This document shows, one piece after another, positions 9,156 through 17,708 of a DNA stretch of 50,946 nt (position 1 is its first letter; each line of letters starts with the position of its first letter). Below the pieces are notes generated by a model that saw only the letters and a list, made by a program, of their open reading frames with translations, searched no databases and was not told the origin of the DNA. The stretch covers positions 1 to 50,946 of the forward strand of contig JAMPCZ010000003.1 in NCBI GenBank assembly GCA_023665935.1, written 5' to 3'. The DNA is from Muribaculaceae bacterium. GTDB lineage: Bacteria > Cyanobacteriota > Vampirovibrionia > Gastranaerophilales > Gastranaerophilaceae. The translations under genes and the position numbers were made by a program.

Positions 9156-10048
9156 AATTCGTTTTCCTTTTTATCTGTGCCCAAGTAAATTATTTCGGGC
9201 TGCAATTCAATACTGTACTCGTTTTTTACCTCATTAAACATTTTATTCATAAGATTCAGAATATCTGTTGAGGTTCCGTTGTTGCTGTTCACGATAAAAT
9301 TAGCGTGATTTTCCCAAACTCTTACCCCGCCTGAGGTGAAACTTTTTGCTCCGACTGAATCCAAAAGTTTTCCTGCCGAATTTTGCGGAGGGTTTTTAAA
9401 AATACTGCCACAGTTTGGAAGATTCAAAAGCGGCTGATGAGTTTTTCGAAATTCAAGATTTTCGTTCATTTTCGATTTAATTTCTTCTTGCGGTTTTGTT
9501 TCAAGTTCAAATTCTGCTTGCAAGACTATCAAATTATCTTTTGGACAGCGGGAATTTCGATAATCAAATTCCATTTCAGTTTTTGAATATTTAGTGATTT
9601 TTCCATCTTGGTGAAGACAAGTAACAGATGTCAATTTATCGCTGATACATTGACCGTGAGCAGAAGCGTTCATATAAACTTCGCCGCCGACAGACCCGGG
9701 AAATCCTATCATAAATTCAAACCCTGACAGGCTGTTTTCGCAGGCTGTTTGGGATAATTTTGGACCCTTAACTCCGCAATCTGCAACTATTTTATTCCCA
9801 TCAATTTTTATGGTGCTCATTTTTGTTGTAAGAATGATTTTACCTTTATATCCCAAGCTTGAAATAAGCGTGTTTGAAAGGTTCCCAAAAACTTTGATAC
9901 CGGGATTATCTTTTAAGATTTGGACTAACTCATCAATATTTTCAGGGAAAAATACTTCATCTATTTTACCGCCGATTTTGAATGAAGTCAGATTTTTTAT
10001 ATCAAAGTTTTTTTCACTTTTAATTGACAACCTTTTGTTTCTCCTCAC
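9134..10048 (-). CDS. murB: UDP-N-acetylenolpyruvoylglucosamine reductase
   Basis: FAD-binding TSFKIGGKIDEVFFP, GNLSNTLI, CGSIFKNP, GGVRVWENHANFIVN. Overlaps the murC 3' end and the ddl 5' end. Confidence 0.9.
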   Translation of the reverse strand: MRRNKRLSIKSEKNFDIKNLTSFKIGGKIDEVFFPENIDELVQILKDNPGIKVFGNLSNTLISSLGYKGKIILTTKMSTIKIDGNKIVADCGVKGPKLSQTACENSLSGFEFMIGFPGSVGGEVYMNASAHGQCISDKLTSVTCLHQDGKITKYSKTEMEFDYRNSRCPKDNLIVLQAEFELETKPQEEIKSKMNENLEFRKTHQPLLNLPNCGSIFKNPPQNSAGKLLDSVGAKSFTSGGVRVWENHANFIVNSNNGTSTDILNLMNKMFNEVKNEYSIELQPEIIYLGTDKKENELWQTMKK

Positions 10049-11465
10049 TTAGAGTAAGTAATTCTTTACCAAGATTTGTAATTGTTCCGGCACCGAGCCC
10101 GATTACTATATCACCTGATTTTAGTGTCGGGTAAAGCTTTTTGGCAACTTCTTGTATGCTGCCTGTGATATTTTCACACGGAATATCAATTTTTTCTTTT
10201 AATTCGTTTGTAAAAATTTCGGAATTTACGCCATCAACAGGGGCTTCTGAAGCCGCGTAAACATCAGTGACAATAACTCTGTCTACATCTGAGAAAGCTC
10301 CCATAAATTCGTTCCAAAGGTTTTGCAATCTTGAATATCTGTGCGGCTGGAATACTGCAATAACGTTTCTGTTTTTGAACGATTTTGATGAAGACAGTGT
10401 AGCTTTGATTTCGGTCGGGTGATGAGCGTAATCATCGTAAACAGTTATTCCGTCAAATTCACCTATTTTTTGGAATCTTCTGCCCATTCCCGTGAATGTT
10501 TCAAAATGCGGGTTAACAAGTTCCATATTAACTCCTGATGTATGCAGGCTTGCCCAAACCGCAAGTGAATTATAAACGCTGTGGACACCTTTCAGACAAA
10601 TTTTTAAATTGGTCTGAACTTCACCTTTATACAAAATATCAAAGGTGGTAAATTCTTCGCCGTAAGTTATATTTTTTGCACAGTAATCAGTGTTTCCGCC
10701 GATTGAATAAGTTACAAATTTGGCATTATGACCGATTTCGTGTTCTGTATAGTATTTTACCAGTCGTTTAACACCTTCGTTATCTGTATTGGCAAGAATT
10801 ATTCCGTTTTCTCTTATATTTGATAAGAATTTTTCGAATGTTTCTAATATTGAATCCAAGCCGTTTTTGTAGAAATCTAAATGGTCAGGTTCCAAATTAT
10901 TAACTACGACTACATTTGCGCTGTATTTAACAATGGTACCGTCAGATTCGTCAAGTTCTGCAATGAAGAATTTATCGTTGGCGCAATTTGCGTTAGTATT
11001 AAGTTCAGGAATAGTTCCGCCGACAACGTAAGATGGTTTTAGTCCTGCTTTTTCCAATACATATGAACTAAGTCCACTGGTTGTGGTTTTTCCATGGGTT
11101 CCTGAATATCCTATGAAAAATTCTTCGTTTTGAGAAATTTCAGCCAACAAGTCTGAACGGTGCCAAATCGGCAGTCCTAATCTTTTTGCTTTTTGGATTT
11201 CAGGGTTTGTATCGCGGATTGCTGTACTTGCAACAACTATACAATCATCGGGCAAATTATTTTCATCGTGTCCGATATATACTTTCGCGCCTAATTTTTT
11301 GACATTTTGAACATATTTACTATCGTTTATGTCTGAGCCTGAAACCTCAAAACCTTTTTGTAATAAGTATTTTGCAAGTCCGCTCATTCCGACGCCGCCA
11401 ATTGCTATAAAATGATATTTGTTTTTCAATATTTTATCCCCCGTTGTTTTGAGGCTCATTATCAA
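10020..11465 (-). CDS. murC: UDP-N-acetylmuramate--L-alanine ligase
   Basis: HFIAIGGVGMSGLAKYL, GYSGTHGKTTTSGL, NLEPDHLDFY, DDYAHHPTEI. Confidence 0.9.
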   Translation of the reverse strand: MIMSLKTTGDKILKNKYHFIAIGGVGMSGLAKYLLQKGFEVSGSDINDSKYVQNVKKLGAKVYIGHDENNLPDDCIVVASTAIRDTNPEIQKAKRLGLPIWHRSDLLAEISQNEEFFIGYSGTHGKTTTSGLSSYVLEKAGLKPSYVVGGTIPELNTNANCANDKFFIAELDESDGTIVKYSANVVVVNNLEPDHLDFYKNGLDSILETFEKFLSNIRENGIILANTDNEGVKRLVKYYTEHEIGHNAKFVTYSIGGNTDYCAKNITYGEEFTTFDILYKGEVQTNLKICLKGVHSVYNSLAVWASLHTSGVNMELVNPHFETFTGMGRRFQKIGEFDGITVYDDYAHHPTEIKATLSSSKSFKNRNVIAVFQPHRYSRLQNLWNEFMGAFSDVDRVIVTDVYAASEAPVDGVNSEIFTNELKEKIDIPCENITGSIQEVAKKLYPTLKSGDIVIGLGAGTITNLGKELLTLSEEKQKVVN

Positions 11466-11575
11466 GATTCTTCTCCTCGTTTCAAATGCCGAAGAATCCT
11501 ATCTCTACTTCTCTTCTAATTATAATACAAAATATTTTCAGGGTTCTAATTTTATAAATTTTAACAAAAATTTTT

Positions 11576-12169
11576 ATGTTTCTATTTTATATGGATATGA
11601 TTAGTTTAAATCGTTTTTCACATTGCAGACAGCCAAAAATTGGAGAGTATATTATACTTGCCAAAAATCACACGTATAAATATGTAAAAGAGGAAGTCAG
11701 TTTTCAAGCTTTCTTAAAGAAAAATCCTTCTGTGCACGCGGTAATGTATTGTACACCTGAGGTAGTTTATCGAAAAGACTTAGGCTGGGTGAATTCTTTG
11801 TATGTTTCATATTTAGATACTTTGGGTAATTGTAATAAAGGATTAGGAACGGTTTTGCTGAATATTGCATCAATATATAGTAACAGACTTGGATTTGGCG
11901 GAAGGTTTCATTTAGATGCCAGCGGACTGCAATCTCCTAATAGAGTCCCGCATATTTTTTATAGAAAATTTGGGATGAATACAGGGTTTGAGTGTACTGA
12001 TAAGGAGATGGATAAATTTGTTAAATCCGGAAAACCGGCAACATATTTGGATTTCAAATCAATGACTATGTTTTACCCGCCGATAAAATATCCGAATGAA
12101 AATAAAATATCTTTGCTGCAAAGTCTTAAAGAACATATTTTAGCTTGTTTAAATTGGAAAAAGCGTTAG
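11576..12169 (+). CDS. hypothetical protein, possibly GNAT-like acetyltransferase fold
   Basis: Weak resemblance only: NKGLGTVLLNIASIYSNRLGFGG ... FYRKFGM resembles GNAT motif A. The start is uncertain because several in-frame Met lie near the 5' end. Confidence 0.4.
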   Translation: MFLFYMDMISLNRFSHCRQPKIGEYIILAKNHTYKYVKEEVSFQAFLKKNPSVHAVMYCTPEVVYRKDLGWVNSLYVSYLDTLGNCNKGLGTVLLNIASIYSNRLGFGGRFHLDASGLQSPNRVPHIFYRKFGMNTGFECTDKEMDKFVKSGKPATYLDFKSMTMFYPPIKYPNENKISLLQSLKEHILACLNWKKR

Positions 12170-12181
12170 AACCTATTTTGT

Positions 12182-12874
12182 TTAAGGAATTTTCCAGCCA
12201 TTATTTTTTATCATTGTTGAACACCAGTAACCACTACCTGATTTACAATTTTCTTTGACTTCATCTATCGTTCTATCATAACCGGCTGTTACTATATTAC
12301 CTGTTTCTTCCTTAAATCCAAGTATAAAGATATCTTCACCTATAATATTTGGTTGTTTGGAGCCATTTGTATCAATCATAAAGATGTATGTATAGCGAGC
12401 ACTTGTTTTTATTCCGTAATTATTAAACAGTGTTGTTTTATCAAAATCATCCATACAAACATAACTGCCGTTATTCAGTATAAAAGATATTGTTGCTTGT
12501 CCGCAACCATTGTAACTCCGTTCATACGGGACATTATTTTTTGTTTTAACTTTTCCGATTGCCCAGCATCCCGGTTCATCATAGCAGACAGCTGCGACTT
12601 TTATATATGGCAAAAAATACGTCGAAAACCATTCTTTTATTATTTTCATTTGATTAGTACCTGCAGGGGCATTTACTGCACCGTTATCGTTTGCTGAAAT
12701 CATCATCTGTTGGAGTATTGAAAAATCTTCTTTTAATATTGCTTCTGTCCGTGAATTTTTTATTTTAGTCATAAGATTAGGGATAATTAGTGCGGCAATT
12801 ATACCTATTATGCCTAAAGTTATCAATACTTCTGATAATGTAAACCCCTTGCGCAAAATAACCTCCTTGGTCAT
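12182..12874 (-). CDS. type IV pilin-like / pseudopilin protein with prepilin N-terminal cleavage-methylation motif
   Basis: MTKEVILRKG|FTLSEVLITLGIIGIIAALIIPNL has Gly at -1, Phe at +1, Glu at +5 and a hydrophobic helix. Shares the family motif IDTNGSKQPNIIGEDIF and the C-terminal WCSTMIKNNGWKIP. I chose the start at M20 of the track ORF (12874); the extension to 12931 would overlap the divergent HTH gene. Confidence 0.75.
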   Translation of the reverse strand: MTKEVILRKGFTLSEVLITLGIIGIIAALIIPNLMTKIKNSRTEAILKEDFSILQQMMISANDNGAVNAPAGTNQMKIIKEWFSTYFLPYIKVAAVCYDEPGCWAIGKVKTKNNVPYERSYNGCGQATISFILNNGSYVCMDDFDKTTLFNNYGIKTSARYTYIFMIDTNGSKQPNIIGEDIFILGFKEETGNIVTAGYDRTIDEVKENCKSGSGYWCSTMIKNNGWKIP

Positions 12875-12916
12875 AATTATGTCCACTTGATTAAATATAC
12901 CATATAGAATAAAAAT

Positions 12917-13186
12917 ATGCAAGATAAACAACGTAAAGATGAATTAAAGCAGGCTTTAGGCAAAGTAATACAGGAGCTTAGAAAAGATACAAATATTTCA
13001 GCTAGAGCTTTATCTTATGGTACAAATATGTCAAAAACAACGTTGTTACTTGCCGAACAAGGAAAACTTGATCCGCGCTTGTCTACTTTTTGTAATTTGG
13101 CAGAAGCTTTTTATAAAACTCCTGATGAATTGATGGGATTAATTATTAATGAATTACCTGAAAAATGGTTTCAAGGGGAAGAATAA
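12917..13186 (+). CDS. XRE-family helix-turn-helix transcriptional regulator (89 aa)
   Basis: HTH region ISARALSYGTNMSKTTLLLAEQGKLDPRLSTFCNLAEAF. Divergent from the pilin-like gene, with about 42 bp between the starts. Confidence 0.65.
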   Translation: MQDKQRKDELKQALGKVIQELRKDTNISARALSYGTNMSKTTLLLAEQGKLDPRLSTFCNLAEAFYKTPDELMGLIINELPEKWFQGEE

Positions 13187-13226
13187 GAATCGAAAATATG
13201 GAAATATAATTCCTTTTTTACATTAT

Positions 13227-13898
13227 TTATTTTATTTTTAAAGCTTGTTTAAAATAATCGGGGTCGTCTTTTGCCTTTACTGCGCAGCTTGTGCCGCTGG
13301 CAAATCCTGTAACATCTTTATTGCAAAAGTATGGACCGGCATTAGTTGTTCCCGGTGCGCCCATTGGTAATATTTCATTATCCATCATTTGGAACGAAAA
13401 CAAATCTATTCCGGCTCTATTAGGTGGTGTTTTATAACCGTTTAAGTCGATATGAAATATTACTCTGTTATAATTTGAAGTTGGATTTTCAATAAACAAT
13501 TGACTTCCGTCAGCTAAAATAAATTGCCCGTCATCAAATCCTTCCCAATTCATTTTTGTAGTATTAGGAAGGTTATTATATTGTTCTTTATTTTTGCTCA
13601 AACATAATGGAGATTTTAACTCTTCTGCGGTATAACATTGAGTCGTGTTGTTTAATAAATAGGGTTTTATTACTTTTCTAAACTGTGCTCCGCCATAATT
13701 CGAGCCGTCAAGAGAGATGTCATCATTTTGCATTTGTTTAAAAATTTGTTGTAATGTAGAATAACTTTTGAGAAATTGTGTACGGTATCTGCGAGCTTTG
13801 TATGCGGTCATAAGATTTGGGATTGTCAATGCCGCAACAATACTAACAATTCCGAGAGTAATCAGCGTTTCTGCTAACGTAAAACCTTTAGTGTACAT
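13227..13898 (-). CDS. type IV pilin-like / pseudopilin protein
   Basis: MYTKG|FTLAETLITLGIVSIVAALTIPNLM. Family motif IDLNGYKTPPNRAGIDLF. Cys pairs in the C-terminal half. Confidence 0.8.
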   Translation of the reverse strand: MYTKGFTLAETLITLGIVSIVAALTIPNLMTAYKARRYRTQFLKSYSTLQQIFKQMQNDDISLDGSNYGGAQFRKVIKPYLLNNTTQCYTAEELKSPLCLSKNKEQYNNLPNTTKMNWEGFDDGQFILADGSQLFIENPTSNYNRVIFHIDLNGYKTPPNRAGIDLFSFQMMDNEILPMGAPGTTNAGPYFCNKDVTGFASGTSCAVKAKDDPDYFKQALKIK

Positions 13899-13954
13899 GT
13901 TTACCTCACATTATAATATATTATTATAAATATTATAATAGATTGTAATTTATT

Positions 13955-13972
13955 AATCAATATATGATTGAT
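13955..13972. promoter_or_regulatory. imperfect inverted repeat AATCAAT-ATATG-ATTGAT in the divergent pilin/XRE intergenic region (candidate operator)
   Basis: 6-bp arms ATCAAT/ATTGAT with a 5-nt spacer, 12 nt upstream of the XRE ATG at 13984. The AT-rich context lowers its significance. Confidence 0.25.
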
Positions 13973-13983
13973 AACATTGTGTT

Positions 13984-14205
13984 ATGAAAAATGAGGATTT
14001 TCTTAGAGAATTTGGGATAAGAGTAAAATTTTATCGTATTAAAAAAGGATTAACTCAAGCGCAAGTAGGGGAGTTTGTTGATATTTCGGAGCATAGAATA
14101 AGCCAAATTGAAAACGGTAAATGTAATTTAACATTAAAAACCGTTAACAAGTTGGCGGATGCGCTGGGTGTGGTTTGTGCGAAACTGTTTGATTTTGAAG
14201 ATTAG
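13984..14205 (+). CDS. XRE-family helix-turn-helix transcriptional regulator (73 aa)
   Basis: Classic Cro/C1-type HTH: LTQAQVGEFVDISEHRISQIENGKCNLTLKTVNKLADALGV. Confidence 0.75.
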   Translation: MKNEDFLREFGIRVKFYRIKKGLTQAQVGEFVDISEHRISQIENGKCNLTLKTVNKLADALGVVCAKLFDFED

Positions 14206-14212
14206 AATTATT

Positions 14213-14258
14213 AAAAAAAATGACGAGCGGGGGATTCCTACTCGTCACTTTTGTTTTT
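14213..14258. terminator. bidirectional rho-independent terminator between the XRE gene (+) and leuS (-)
   Basis: A8 run, stem TGACGAG(14221-14227)/CTCGTCA(14241-14247), then CTTTTGTTTTT. Confidence 0.6.
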
Positions 14259-14269
14259 AGGTTTGCTTT

Positions 14270-16783
14270 TTATTTAACAACGATATTAACCAATTTACCA
14301 GGAACTACAATTGTTTTGACAACTGTTTTTCCTTCAATTTGAGCCTTAATTTTATCACTGTTTAGTGCAGTTTGCTCCATTTCGTCTTTAGTTAAACCTT
14401 CACTGACTTCGATTTTATCTTTAACTTTTCCGTTAACTTGAACAACCAAAGTTATAGAACTTGATTTGGCAAGGTTTTCGTCCCATTTGCACCAAGCCTG
14501 TTCGTGGATTGAACCTTCCCCGCCTAATTCATGCCAAGCTTCTTCTGTCAGGTGAACTGCAACAGGTGACATAAGTTTCATTAATGAAACTATGGCAAAA
14601 CTTAGTACTTGTTTGTCTTCATCGCTTAATTCAGGTTTTTTAGCCTGCCATTCGTATATGGCGTTAGTCAATTCTCTGTATTTTGAGATTACCGTGTTGA
14701 ATTGGAAATCGTTTGCGATATCGTTTGTAATCCCTTTGATTGCAATGTGAACTGTTCTCAAAAGGTCATCGTTAGATTTTTCCTTCAAAGATCCTGAAAC
14801 AAGTTCAGGATGAGATAGTGAAATGTTTTGTGCATTTGTTGAAATTAATCTCCAAACTCTGTTTAAGAATTTGTAGCAGCCTTCAACACCTGCGTCTGAC
14901 CAGTCAAAATCTCTTGCCGGCGGTGAATCTGACAGAATGAATAATCTTGCTGTATCAGCTCCGTAGTTTTCAAAGATTTCGTCAGGGTCTACGGTGTTTC
15001 CTTTAGATTTAGACATTTTAGCACCGTCTTTTAATACCATACCTTGAGTCAGAAGGTTTTTGAACGGTTCGTCAAAGTCTAACAATCCGCAATCGCGCAA
15101 AGCTTTTGTAAAAAATCTTGAATACAACAAGTGAAGGATTGCGTGTTCAATACCGCCGACGTATTGGTCAACAGGTAACCAGTGATTTACTTTATCTTTG
15201 TCAAAACATTTTTCGGAATTTCTTGCATCAGCATAACGCAAGTAGTACCAGCTTGAACACATAAATGTATCCATTGTATCTGTTTCTCGGGTTGCGTGAC
15301 CTCCGCATACAGGGCAGACCGTATCTTTGAAAGTCTTTGATGTTGTAATAGGTGATTTTCCTGCAACAGAGAAATCTACATCTTTTGGAAGCATTACAGG
15401 AAGCTGGTCTTCGGGAACAGGTTGAATACCGCATTTTTCGCAATAAACAACAGGAATCGGCGCACCCCAATATCTTTGGCGCGAAATTAACCAATCACGA
15501 AGTCTGTATTGTGTTTTGAATTCGCCAAAACCTTGGTCTACAGCCCATTTGGTGATAGCTTTTTTTGCTTCGTTATTTTTCATTCCGTTAAATTCGCCGG
15601 AATTTACAAGAACACCGGGTTCTGTGTATGCGCAATCCTTGCATTCGCTTGGGCTTTCAGGATTCTCAATAACGACTTTCATCGGCATATTGTATTTTTT
15701 AGCGAATGCGAAATCTCTATCGTCGTGTGTCGGAACTGCCATAACAGCACCTGTTCCGTATTCTACAAGTGCGTAATCCGCTGTCCATAGAGGGAAAGTT
15801 TCTCCGTTGAACGGATTGCGGCAGTGGGTACCTAAAGGAACACCTGTTTTAGGTCTGTCTGTAGACAGTCTTTCGATTTCCGTCATTTTGCGCGCATTTG
15901 CTCGATATTCTTCAACGGCGTCTTTATTTTCTGCGGTTGTAAGTTTTTCAATATCTTTGTATTCAGGGGCTACAACAAGATAAGTTATACCAAATACGGT
16001 GTCAGGTCTTGTTGTGTAAACCGGAACATACATTTCTTCGCCTGATGGTGCGTCAATTACAGGGAACTTAAAGATTGCACCTTTTGATTTGCCAATCCAG
16101 TTTGCCTGCATTGTTTTAACGTTATCACCCCAGCCCGGAAGTTTGTCCAAATCTTCCAAAAGCACATCTGCGTAATCTGTAATTTTGATGAACCATTGAG
16201 ATAAATATTTTTTCTCAACAACACTGTCACATCTCCAGCATTTACCGTCAATTACTTGTTCGTTGGCAAGTACTGTACCGCATTCGTTACACCAGTTTAC
16301 AGCGGCTTCTTTTTTGTATACAAGTCCTTTTTTATACAGTTGTAAGAATAACCATTGCGTCCATTTGTAATATTCAGGTTTGCAGGTTGTAACTTCTCTG
16401 TCCCAATCGTAAGACAAACCAAGCATTTTTAATTGTTTTGTCATATATGCAATGTTTTCATCTGTCCAGGTTTCAGGGTCAGCGTTATGTTTCATTGCCG
16501 CATTTTCAGCAGGCAAACCAAAACTGTCCCATCCGATTGGATGTAAAACATTGAACCCGTTTGCTTTTTTAAATCTTGCAATAACGTCTGTAATTGTGTA
16601 GTTTCTAACGTGTCCCATATGCAGTTTTCCTGACGGGTAAGGGAACATTGAAAGCGCGTAATATTTAGGTTTTTCAGATTCGTCTGAAGTTTTGAACGCA
16701 CCTGTTTCTTCCCAAATTTTCTGCCATTTTTTTTCTATTTCTTGCGGAAAATAACTTTCTTTCATATTTTGTTTGTACTCCAT
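14270..16783 (-). CDS. leuS: leucine--tRNA ligase
   Basis: 837 aa. HIGH-type motif YPSGKLHMGHVRNY, KMSKS motif GAKMSKSKGN, and typical LeuRS blocks WDSFGLPAENAA and RQRYWGAPIP. Confidence 0.95.
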   Translation of the reverse strand: MEYKQNMKESYFPQEIEKKWQKIWEETGAFKTSDESEKPKYYALSMFPYPSGKLHMGHVRNYTITDVIARFKKANGFNVLHPIGWDSFGLPAENAAMKHNADPETWTDENIAYMTKQLKMLGLSYDWDREVTTCKPEYYKWTQWLFLQLYKKGLVYKKEAAVNWCNECGTVLANEQVIDGKCWRCDSVVEKKYLSQWFIKITDYADVLLEDLDKLPGWGDNVKTMQANWIGKSKGAIFKFPVIDAPSGEEMYVPVYTTRPDTVFGITYLVVAPEYKDIEKLTTAENKDAVEEYRANARKMTEIERLSTDRPKTGVPLGTHCRNPFNGETFPLWTADYALVEYGTGAVMAVPTHDDRDFAFAKKYNMPMKVVIENPESPSECKDCAYTEPGVLVNSGEFNGMKNNEAKKAITKWAVDQGFGEFKTQYRLRDWLISRQRYWGAPIPVVYCEKCGIQPVPEDQLPVMLPKDVDFSVAGKSPITTSKTFKDTVCPVCGGHATRETDTMDTFMCSSWYYLRYADARNSEKCFDKDKVNHWLPVDQYVGGIEHAILHLLYSRFFTKALRDCGLLDFDEPFKNLLTQGMVLKDGAKMSKSKGNTVDPDEIFENYGADTARLFILSDSPPARDFDWSDAGVEGCYKFLNRVWRLISTNAQNISLSHPELVSGSLKEKSNDDLLRTVHIAIKGITNDIANDFQFNTVISKYRELTNAIYEWQAKKPELSDEDKQVLSFAIVSLMKLMSPVAVHLTEEAWHELGGEGSIHEQAWCKWDENLAKSSSITLVVQVNGKVKDKIEVSEGLTKDEMEQTALNSDKIKAQIEGKTVVKTIVVPGKLVNIVVK

Positions 16784-16892
16784 TTATCCTTGTGATTTTG
16801 AGTATATCATAAAAAGGGAATAATGGACAATGCAACAAGGAAATAAGTTTTTCGTGATTTTTAAGCAGTTATTTTTATAGTAAAATCAAACT

Positions 16893-17417
16893 ATGAATAT
16901 TACGGCAGGAAAATTCAAAGGGCAAAGGGTTACAGCTCCTGATGAGAATATTACTCGCCCAACACTTTCAAAGGTTAGAATGAGCGTATTTAATACACTG
17001 CAAGCAATGACCGATTTTGAAGGTGCAAGCTTTTTAGATATGTTTGCAGGCTCGGGAATTATGGGACTGGAAGCACTTTCGCGCGGATTTTCCAAAGTGG
17101 TTTCTATTGAAAAAAATCGAAAAGTCTATAATATTATCAAATCAAATTTCAAAAAATACGAACAAGACAATAATCTTAAATTAATCCTCGGTGATAGTAT
17201 AAAAATATGTGAAAAAATGTCCGAAACCTTCGATATAATCTACATTGACCCGCCATATTTTTCAGGAGTCTACGAAGCAAGTCTTAATGCAGTAAAAAAC
17301 ATTTCAAACAATATTATTATACTTGAACACGTTACCGAAGTCGATTTGACCGGCTTTGAAATAATCAAACAAAAAAAATACGGTGACAAATTCATTACCT
17401 TTATTAAAAAATATTAA
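16893..17417 (+). CDS. rsmD: 16S rRNA (guanine966-N2)-methyltransferase RsmD-like
   Basis: RPTLSKVRMSVFN, SAM motif LDMFAGSGIMGLEALSRG, catalytic IYIDPPY. Confidence 0.85.
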   Translation: MNITAGKFKGQRVTAPDENITRPTLSKVRMSVFNTLQAMTDFEGASFLDMFAGSGIMGLEALSRGFSKVVSIEKNRKVYNIIKSNFKKYEQDNNLKLILGDSIKICEKMSETFDIIYIDPPYFSGVYEASLNAVKNISNNIIILEHVTEVDLTGFEIIKQKKYGDKFITFIKKY

Positions 17418-17708
17418 GCCAAAACTGCCTTATTGTATCCGTTTGTAAACCACTTTTTCAAACTTAATCCTAAAGATGTAGTAATTTATTTTTTTCGGAT
17501 TTTTGAAAAGTAAAAGTGTTGATTTTACACGTTTTGAAGCCATTTTACAATGTAAAGTTTTGTTAAAAATGCTACACTTTTAGTAAATTTACATGGGAAT
17601 TTTGTCGTTACATGATGTATAATATATATAGAAGACATAAACCCTAAAAAATCGCGTTTATTAGACCTGAAATATTTTGTATAATCAAAATAGAAAGGCA
17701 GCGAATAT

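Noticed and set aside
11419-11604. 61-aa plus-strand ORF spanning the murC start and the intergenic region
   Set aside because: It overlaps the murC 5' end antisense and the start region of the GNAT-like ORF, with no supporting signals.
12353-12697. 114-aa plus-strand ORF, plus the many other 60-110 aa track ORFs nested antisense or out of frame in annotated genes (for example 711-902, 2338-2532, 8671-8913, 9810-10052, 15228-15790, 16886-17095, 20502-20834, 25101-27030, 34856-35152, 36406-36699, 50526-50824)
   Set aside because: All lie inside longer ORFs with clear homology-type motifs or better coding features. They have Cys/Phe/Ile-rich or low-complexity composition, and none shows a recognisable domain.
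12875-12931. N-terminal extension of the first pilin-like ORF (MFILHIFILYGIFNQVDII)
   Set aside because: It would place 30 residues before the G|FTLSE cleavage site and overlap the divergent XRE gene start. The internal Met at 12874 gives a typical 10-aa leader peptide.
16784-16892. T-box or other leader upstream of leuS, and similarly upstream of pheT at 27441-27634
   Set aside because: The leuS upstream region is only 109 bp and no T-box sequence was seen. The pheT upstream region is occupied by a family A repeat.
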